Shown here: piece after piece, positions 57,193-64,000 of the stretch
Layout of the letters: the number at the start of each line of letters is the position of its first letter
Position numbering within the stretch: position 1 is the stretch's first letter
Assembly: GCA_964478125.1 (NCBI GenBank)
Contig: CAYZGR010000005.1
Span: forward strand, 22,573-86,572
Direction: 5' to 3'
DNA length: 64,000 nt
From: an uncultured Chitinophagaceae bacterium
GTDB lineage: Bacteria > Bacteroidota > Bacteroidia > Chitinophagales > Chitinophagaceae
Translations under genes and position numbers: made by a program
Notes under the pieces: model-generated
The model's input: the letters and a program-made list of their open reading frames with translations, nothing else
Databases searched by the model: none
Told to the model about the DNA's origin: nothing

Positions 57193-60100
57193 ATGAATAA
57201 GATTTATATGACTTTCCGGACAAAGGCAATTATGATTGTCAGCTTGGTTACGTTGTTTTGTATTTCTCCATTTATATTAATGGGAAATAATGCTTTAACT
57301 GTTTCAGACGAATTATCCTTACAAAGGATAGATGTTGTGAAAGGTGTAGTATCAGGTCCTTCGGGGAAGCCTCTTATCGGTGTTTCAGTGGCTGTGAAGG
57401 GTACTGATAAAGGAACGGTTACCGATGCTAATGGTGCATATGAAATCCATAGTATTTCTGATGATGCGGTTCTGGTCTTTTCCTACATTGGTTATGAAAA
57501 AAAAGAGGTAGAAGTGAATGGGAGGTCTGTCATTGATGTTACATTAACTTCTTCTGCGACTACCTTGGATCAGTTGGTGGTTGTAGGGTACGGGACGGAA
57601 AAAAAAGAGAATCTGACAGGCGCAATTACTACTGTAAATATGTCTTCAAAAGAAGGACAGCCTGTTACAAATGCCGAAAATGTATTGTATGGAGTCCCCG
57701 GTGTGTATGCGAATTTAAATGCAAGTCAGCCCGGTGTGGATAGAGCAATGATTAGAATAAGAGGAGTGGGTACTTTGAATAATAATAACCCCTTGGTATT
57801 AGTAGATGGTATAGAATATCCGATGTCGGAACTTGATCCTAATGATATAGAGAGTATTACTATTTTGAAAGATGCCTCTGCCGCAATTTATGGATCAAAA
57901 GCTGCCAATGGAGTGATTTTAGTGACGACAAAAAAAGGGGCTGGTAAAGCGAAGGTGAATTATAGCTATTATTATGGTATTCAAAACCCTACTATACTTC
58001 CCGATCTGGTATGGAATTCTGTTGCTTATATGAAGGCGTTAAATCAGGCAGAATTGAATGAAGGTAAGGCTTTACAAACCTTTTCTAAGGAGGATATAGG
58101 GGGATATCAATTGGGAATGCTGCACGATCCTTTTACGTATCCTTCAAATAACTGGTTTGATATAGCCGGTAAAGACGGTTTAATCCGTAAGCATAATTTG
58201 AGTGTGTCGGGCGGAACTGATAAGTATAAGTATAGGTTTTCCATCGGGCTGCTTGATAGAAATGGTATTTATATAGGAAAAGGAAATCATGAGAATAAAT
58301 ATTCATTAGGCATAAATACATCTGCTCAGGTAAGTAAGAAGTTGAAGATAGGATTGTCTATGCATGGCTACTTTAGAAATTACACCCAACCGGTTTATGA
58401 GGTTGGTACTTTTATGAGCCAGTTAATGAGGTCTTTGCCTATTCAGAATGATACGTTGGAAGATGGTAATAATGGATATACTTTTTTAAGGATCCCGGGG
58501 CACAATAACTGGACCTCTTCCAGGCAATATATGGATGACGGATTTATGAAAAAAAGAATTGTTCGTTATCTGACCAACATTCATGCATCTTACAAGCTAC
58601 CTTTTGGTATAGAATATAAGATTAAATTTGGCGCGGACAAATATGATGGATTGCAAACAAGGTTTGTTCCTGTTCAGTTTCAGCTACAGGCAAAAACCAG
58701 AGATACATTGTATAATAATAGCAGGGCTACCGCACCCAGGTCTTATAGTTATGATTATAACGACCTTAATTTACATTTTTACAATACCTTAAATTGGGAT
58801 AAACAATTTGACCAGGGGCATCATTTAGCTGTAATGATAGGAAGTAGTTATGATTATTATGAAAATGCAAATGCTGCGGCTCAAATGCAGGGATATGCCG
58901 ATGATATCCTTACGGATCTTAACGCCGGTACCATTTATGCGGATATAACCGGCAATACTACTCAGGAAGCACTGGCCTCCTATTTTGGAAGATTAAATTA
59001 TAGTTATAAAAATAAATATATTCTTGAAGGTATTTTTAGATATGATGGTTCTTCCAGATTTGCACCCGGATATCGGTGGGGCTTTTTCCCGGGGATATCT
59101 GCCGGATGGAAAATAAACAAAGAACCTTTTTTAAGGAATGCTGCTTACATTGATTTGCTTAAACTTAGAGCATCTGTCGGACAATTGGGGAACCAGGCGG
59201 TAGCTTTATACAGTTATGAGAATACCGTAACCCTTGGACACAATTATAGCTTTGGAGGAACAGGAGGTACGCTGGCTTCAGGAGCGGCAGCGACGGCAGC
59301 TACAGATCCGACTATTTCCTGGGAGACTACTACAGATTATGATATTGGTGTGGATCTTTCCCTGTTCAATAATAAAATTAGTTTTACGGGTGATGTATAT
59401 AAAAAACTGACTAAGGGAATTCTTAGAACGGTTAATCTTCCTTCGCAGGTTGGCGATCTAACAGGTCCCAAGGAGAATGTGGGGAGTGTGAGCAATATAG
59501 GGTATGAATTGGTTCTCAGTTATCAAAATACCTTAAAAAGTGGATTCGGTTACAGGATCTTCGGTAATATGTCTTATAATAAAAATGAGGTTGTTGATTT
59601 AAATGGCGAAGTCTTATATGATTTTGGAACCAATCTGCCCACTATCACCAAAGAAGGGTATCCTATTAATTCTTTTTATGTCTTACAGGCGGATGGAATT
59701 TTTCAGAGTGATGCCGAAGTTCAAAATAGTGCCTTTCAAAACAATGATACCAGAGCAGGTTATTTGAAGTACAAAGATGTGGATGGTAACGGAATAATAA
59801 ATGAGGATGACAGAATAATTATCAATACATCTTCAATAATGCCAAAATATACATTTGCATTTGGTTTTGATGTAAGTTATAAAGGGATATCTCTTTCTGC
59901 GCAATTTCAGGGCGTATCAGATATAAAAACTGCTCCGGTTACCCGGCCTTCGACACCATTGAACAATGGTGCGGGTCTTACATGGGATTGGCTTACGGAT
60001 AGTTGGACGCCCGATCGTCCGAATGCGAAGCTGCCCATATTAACTGAAGCAAATTATAGCGATAATTTCAGGGCGTCTACCTTCTTGATCAGAGATGCCT

Positions 60101-60321
60101 CTTATGTAAGGCTTAAAACGGTTCAGCTACGCTATCGTATACCTGAAGCAATATTGTCAAAAGCAAAAATTAGTGCTTTAAGCGTCTTTGTTAATGCTGA
60201 GAATTGGCTGACTTTTACGGAGTTTGATCTAAGTGATCCGGAAGCCATATATAATGCGCAGGGGCTTAGTCATTATCCAATGTTAAAAACGGTAAGCGCA
60301 GGGATCAATGTGACGTTCTAA
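57193..60321 (+). CDS. SusC/RagA-family TonB-dependent outer-membrane transporter
   Basis: It has a CarboxypepD_reg-like N-terminal domain, a TonB box (DQLVVVGYGT), a plug block (IESITILKDASAAIYGSKAANGVILVTTKKG) and a terminal aromatic residue (GINVTF). Confidence 0.9.
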   Translation: MNKIYMTFRTKAIMIVSLVTLFCISPFILMGNNALTVSDELSLQRIDVVKGVVSGPSGKPLIGVSVAVKGTDKGTVTDANGAYEIHSISDDAVLVFSYIGYEKKEVEVNGRSVIDVTLTSSATTLDQLVVVGYGTEKKENLTGAITTVNMSSKEGQPVTNAENVLYGVPGVYANLNASQPGVDRAMIRIRGVGTLNNNNPLVLVDGIEYPMSELDPNDIESITILKDASAAIYGSKAANGVILVTTKKGAGKAKVNYSYYYGIQNPTILPDLVWNSVAYMKALNQAELNEGKALQTFSKEDIGGYQLGMLHDPFTYPSNNWFDIAGKDGLIRKHNLSVSGGTDKYKYRFSIGLLDRNGIYIGKGNHENKYSLGINTSAQVSKKLKIGLSMHGYFRNYTQPVYEVGTFMSQLMRSLPIQNDTLEDGNNGYTFLRIPGHNNWTSSRQYMDDGFMKKRIVRYLTNIHASYKLPFGIEYKIKFGADKYDGLQTRFVPVQFQLQAKTRDTLYNNSRATAPRSYSYDYNDLNLHFYNTLNWDKQFDQGHHLAVMIGSSYDYYENANAAAQMQGYADDILTDLNAGTIYADITGNTTQEALASYFGRLNYSYKNKYILEGIFRYDGSSRFAPGYRWGFFPGISAGWKINKEPFLRNAAYIDLLKLRASVGQLGNQAVALYSYENTVTLGHNYSFGGTGGTLASGAAATAATDPTISWETTTDYDIGVDLSLFNNKISFTGDVYKKLTKGILRTVNLPSQVGDLTGPKENVGSVSNIGYELVLSYQNTLKSGFGYRIFGNMSYNKNEVVDLNGEVLYDFGTNLPTITKEGYPINSFYVLQADGIFQSDAEVQNSAFQNNDTRAGYLKYKDVDGNGIINEDDRIIINTSSIMPKYTFAFGFDVSYKGISLSAQFQGVSDIKTAPVTRPSTPLNNGAGLTWDWLTDSWTPDRPNAKLPILTEANYSDNFRASTFLIRDASYVRLKTVQLRYRIPEAILSKAKISALSVFVNAENWLTFTEFDLSDPEAIYNAQGLSHYPMLKTVSAGINVTF

Positions 60322-60361
60322 AGGAATTAAATATATTTTGAATGAGAAAAGTGAAATAATT

Positions 60362-61933
60362 ATGAAAAATAGATATTTTATATGGGTTGTTACAGGTCTC
60401 GCTATATGCTTCAGTGCGTGTAATGATAACCTTTTAAATTTTCAGCCCCACGATAGATATACGGAAGGTAATTATTGGACAGACGCTACTTCAGCCAATA
60501 GGTATCTTACGGCATGCTATGCTGTATTACGTTCTTCCGGATTGTATGGAGGAGATGCAACCCCTTTATGGGAAGAAACGGCTTCCCCCAATGCTTATAA
60601 CAAGGATAATACTGATTCGTGGAATGCTATTGCCAAAGGAACGCAGACTTCCGGTAGTGGGGGGATAATAGCTAAAAGATGGTCTTTATGTTATCAGGGG
60701 ATAGGGCGTTGTAACAGTTTGCTTGAGAGAATTAATAAAGTGTCTATGAATAAGGGCCTGAAGCGTAGAATGAAAGGGGAGGCCTATTTTCTTCGTGCTT
60801 TGTTCTATTTCAACCTGGAAAACTATTATGGAGATGTCCCTTTAATACTGGATCCGCCCAATCCGGCAACTCAGGCAAATTTGCCAAGAACGCCAAGAGA
60901 AGATGTGGTACATCAAATGCTTACAGACCTGGATAGCGCTGCTCATATTTTGCCCTTAAAATATAGCGGTGGGGATATTGGCAGAGCTACTAAAGGAGCA
61001 GCGTTAGCTTTAAAGGCTAAGATCTTGCTATTTGAGGCCAGCCCCTTGTTTAATCCTGATAACGATATTCAAAGATGGGGAAAGGCTGGCTCCGCAGCTA
61101 TGGATGTCATTAATTTGGCAGATAAAGCGGGATATGGTTTATTTCCCAACTATAGAAATCTCTTTTTACCCGAGAATGAGAACAATAAGGAAGTAATTTT
61201 TGATGTACAGTTTATATTTCCTGATGAAGGTAATTCCTTTGATCTTATTGACAGGCAATATAATAATAACGCACCCTTATTAGGGCTGGTAAATGCTTAT
61301 GAAATGAAGAATGGCCTTCCTATTACTGACCCTTCATCCGGATATGATCCCAATGATCCGTATAAAGACAGAGATCCCCGATTGGCTGCTACGATTGTTT
61401 ATCCAGGTGCTCAATTTATGGGTAAAACGGTATCAAATACGCATTTTGCTATGACAGGTTTTGGATTAAAGAAATATAGTGTTTATACGGAAAGCGCCCC
61501 TGATCCAAAGTTGGCAGATTTGAAGGGAGGACAATCCTATACGAATTATATTGTCTTGAGATATGCGGATATTTTGTTGATGTATGCAGAGGCAAAAAAT
61601 GAATTTTCCGGACCGGATGCTTCGGTCCTTGATGCTATAAATAAGGTTCGCGAACGAGCCGATATGCCGGATATTGCTCCAGGTTTGTCGCAAGACTCAC
61701 TGAGAGAGGTAATCAGGCATGAAAGACGTATTGAATTTGCAGGTGAAGGCTATTATTATAATGATATCAGACGTTGGAAAACAGCAGAGAAGGTTATGAA
61801 TACGCAGATCTATACCTGGAATAATAAAGCTATCGAAACCCGTAAGTTCAATCCATCCAGGGATTATTGGTGGCCTATACCACTAGAGGAAAGAGATTTG
61901 AACCCCATGCTGGATCAAAACCCACTTTATTAA
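60362..61933 (+). CDS. SusD/RagB-family nutrient-binding lipoprotein
   Basis: It has a lipobox (CFSAC) and SusD blocks (RAEAYFLRALFYFNL-like sequence, YADILLMYAEA, ERRIEFAGEGYYYNDIRRW). Confidence 0.85.
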   Translation: MKNRYFIWVVTGLAICFSACNDNLLNFQPHDRYTEGNYWTDATSANRYLTACYAVLRSSGLYGGDATPLWEETASPNAYNKDNTDSWNAIAKGTQTSGSGGIIAKRWSLCYQGIGRCNSLLERINKVSMNKGLKRRMKGEAYFLRALFYFNLENYYGDVPLILDPPNPATQANLPRTPREDVVHQMLTDLDSAAHILPLKYSGGDIGRATKGAALALKAKILLFEASPLFNPDNDIQRWGKAGSAAMDVINLADKAGYGLFPNYRNLFLPENENNKEVIFDVQFIFPDEGNSFDLIDRQYNNNAPLLGLVNAYEMKNGLPITDPSSGYDPNDPYKDRDPRLAATIVYPGAQFMGKTVSNTHFAMTGFGLKKYSVYTESAPDPKLADLKGGQSYTNYIVLRYADILLMYAEAKNEFSGPDASVLDAINKVRERADMPDIAPGLSQDSLREVIRHERRIEFAGEGYYYNDIRRWKTAEKVMNTQIYTWNNKAIETRKFNPSRDYWWPIPLEERDLNPMLDQNPLY

Positions 61934-61968
61934 TAGAGAAGATTAAGTCAAAACATAAATTCAGTACC

Positions 61969-63207
61969 ATGAACAAACCATATATAAAGAGCGGATCGCG
62001 ATTCGATATATTATTGATGCTGGTTATCCTTTTCACAACATTCTCCTGCAAGAAATTAGTTCATCCCGATTATTCCGATAAATATATATATGTTTCTATT
62101 AATGAACTTAAGAGTTTCTACAAGGGAGAAGATTTGAAGATTAATAAGAATAATAAGTTTACGAATATTATTATATCAGGAGTAATTATATCAGATCCTG
62201 TTTTAGGGAACAGCCCTTTGAAGAAAGGGTTAATAGTTCAGGAGGGAAAGGATGGTATATTAATTCCTTTGGATAATGATATTCCGGGGGCTCGTATGAA
62301 TGATTCCGTTCGCATTGATGTTGCAAATGGCGTACTTACTTCTTACAATGGGAATTTAGCGATTGAAGGCATTTCTTCAACTGATGTTTCTGTTTTAAGT
62401 AAGAAAGGAGCAATATCAGCTTCCTCTGTTGTTATTGGAGCTTTGAATAATGATTTCTCATCGTATGCCGGTTCGCTTGTGAAAGTCGTAGGCGCCCAGG
62501 TCCTTGATCATCAAAAGGGAGAAATATATAGTGGAAATAAGAATTTAGACGATGGTACCGGAGGATCAATTGAATTGCATACCGAAGGATCTGCATCTTT
62601 TGCGGAGGATACTATTCCCCCCTTCGGTACTTTTACGGGTATTGCATTGTATGGCCCTGATTCCACTATGCAGATATGGATGAGAGATAGCACCGATATA
62701 GAAGAGTTTATTCCTTCGCCTTACCCTGTAGGATTTCCGGAGAAATTTGATACAAGACTTGTAAAAGATCACTATGCTTCTGATAATTTAGAACTTTCAT
62801 CGGGAAACTGGACTTTTGACGGCGTTACCTTAGTAGTGATTACTGGTAACAGGCCTATCAACCCGGATGGAACCAAAGGAGTTCAGTTTAATCAAAAAAA
62901 TGCAGACCCTGAATATTTGCAGATGAATTTTGATGTATTTAAAGGGGCATCAAAAGTTACTATTTTATATGGATCCTACGGGTCCGACCCTCAGTGTACC
63001 TGGCATCTGGAATATTCTACGAACGAAGGCGCAAGCTGGACGCAAATAGGTCCGGATGTAATAGCTGATAATAAAACGGCAAAAACTGCTGAATTTGACA
63101 TGGATATTAAAGGGAAAGTTAGATTCAGAGTGGCAAAGCCCGGGCTGGGTGCAGATAATAATGGAAGGTTAAATATGGATGATTTTACTATATATAATAA
63201 TCAGTAA
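61969..63207 (+). CDS. PUL-associated lipoprotein of unknown function (possibly DUF5689-like, with an OB-like N-terminal part and a jelly-roll-like C-terminal part)
   Basis: It has a lipobox (TFSC). The ATG at 61969 is preferred over the tracked start at 61867. It is paralogous to the next gene. Confidence 0.5.
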   Translation: MNKPYIKSGSRFDILLMLVILFTTFSCKKLVHPDYSDKYIYVSINELKSFYKGEDLKINKNNKFTNIIISGVIISDPVLGNSPLKKGLIVQEGKDGILIPLDNDIPGARMNDSVRIDVANGVLTSYNGNLAIEGISSTDVSVLSKKGAISASSVVIGALNNDFSSYAGSLVKVVGAQVLDHQKGEIYSGNKNLDDGTGGSIELHTEGSASFAEDTIPPFGTFTGIALYGPDSTMQIWMRDSTDIEEFIPSPYPVGFPEKFDTRLVKDHYASDNLELSSGNWTFDGVTLVVITGNRPINPDGTKGVQFNQKNADPEYLQMNFDVFKGASKVTILYGSYGSDPQCTWHLEYSTNEGASWTQIGPDVIADNKTAKTAEFDMDIKGKVRFRVAKPGLGADNNGRLNMDDFTIYNNQ

Positions 63208-63228
63208 TAATTGAAATAAAGCATTATT

Positions 63229-64000
63229 ATGAATAAACTTTTGAGATTTAGATACGAAGTTAGAGGCTTATTCTTTTTCTTTCTCCTCGGAACGGCTCTT
63301 TTTTCCTGTGAAAAAATTACACATCCCGATTATTCAGACAAAGAAAGAGTAGCTACCATAGATGAGATTAAAGGCTATTATCACGGCACGGATGTCAAGC
63401 TTGCCGACAATAACTATTTTGATAAGCTTATCATATCAGGAATAGTTACCGCTGATGGTTCTTCAGGCAATATTGCGATTGATAAGGGGATCGTTATTCA
63501 GGACCATAGCGGAGTAGGTATAATAATACAATTGGACGACGGGATCTCTGATTTAAAAAAGGGGGATCTTGTAAACGTTAATGTATCTTCCGGAAGGGTA
63601 ACTTCAAGCAAAGGGAAAATTATTATAACGGGGATCTCGTCTTCAGACATTTCAGTGGTAAGCGAAGAGGATCAGAAAATTACCCCAGATGCTCTTGTGG
63701 TCGCAGAATTAACAAGAAATTTTAAAAGGCATACCGGATCTCTTGTAAAAATAGTGGGTGCCCACGCTATCCATTATTCTGCTGGGGATACCTTTGAAGG
63801 GAATAAAAAGCTTGAAGACGGAACCGGGGGAGAAGTGGTTTTACATACTGAACCTTCCGCTTCTTTTGCGAAGGAAGCCATTTCGGAGTATGGTACTTAC
63901 ACGGGTATTGCCTTTTATGGGGCTGATTCGACCATGGAGATCTGGATGCGTGATGGTTCCGATGCTGAGGAATATACTTATTCACCCTATCCTAATGGAT
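63229..64000 (+). CDS. Paralogue of the preceding lipoprotein, truncated by the window end
   Basis: This gene is not in the ORF track because no stop is reached. ATG 63229 is followed by the lipobox LFSC. Long blocks are collinear with 61969-63207 (HPDYSDK, DGTGG, LHTE.SASFA, TGIA.YG.DSTM.IWMRD). Confidence 0.55.
   Translation, partial: MNKLLRFRYEVRGLFFFFLLGTALFSCEKITHPDYSDKERVATIDEIKGYYHGTDVKLADNNYFDKLIISGIVTADGSSGNIAIDKGIVIQDHSGVGIIIQLDDGISDLKKGDLVNVNVSSGRVTSSKGKIIITGISSSDISVVSEEDQKITPDALVVAELTRNFKRHTGSLVKIVGAHAIHYSAGDTFEGNKKLEDGTGGEVVLHTEPSASFAKEAISEYGTYTGIAFYGADSTMEIWMRDGSDAEEYTYSPYPNG

Overview
This 64-kb window is chromosomal DNA from a Bacteroidota genome, possibly of Chitinophagia or Sphingobacteriia type. 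The phylum call rests on gldB, a T9SS C-terminal sorting domain, a SusC/SusD pair, TAnnTTTG -7 promoter boxes and uppP-DUF3098-ftsX synteny. I called about 58 protein genes and one tRNA-Glu(UUC). I saw no rRNA, CRISPR array, transposase or integrase. Most of the window is housekeeping. This includes atpB(partial)-E-F-H-A, ferritin, tal, ftcD, lpxK, a purF-like gene, a ClC channel, proline dehydrogenase, alaX, ypdA, tsaC and mtgA. It also includes uppP, ftsX, recN, an M32 carboxypeptidase, Nif3, grpE-dnaJ, gap-pgk, tatA and rplS. Six accessory or unexplained parts stand out. (1) The most interesting is a tightly packed minus-strand cluster, LysM-gldB-431aa-345aa. Its last two membrane-anchored ORFs carry a class II terpene-cyclase DxDDTA motif and squalene/phytoene-synthase-like Asp-rich motifs. 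(2) An AT-rich SusC/SusD locus lies divergent from a DeoR regulator. It has a BIG2 plus propeller-like lipoprotein and two tandem paralogous lipoproteins, but no recognisable glycoside hydrolase, and it runs off the window end. (3) A 1117-aa Omp85-like outer-membrane protein sits next to an ECF sigma factor and an anti-sigma-like protein with a C-terminal beta-barrel. (4) A GH88-kduI-kduD uronate operon has a LacI-type palindromic operator and an AT-rich methyltransferase inserted in it. (5) One protein consists of little more than a signal peptide and a T9SS sorting domain. (6) There is a small secreted Cys/His protein. All functional calls come from reading motifs in the supplied translations. 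No database search, HMM search or GC calculation was run.
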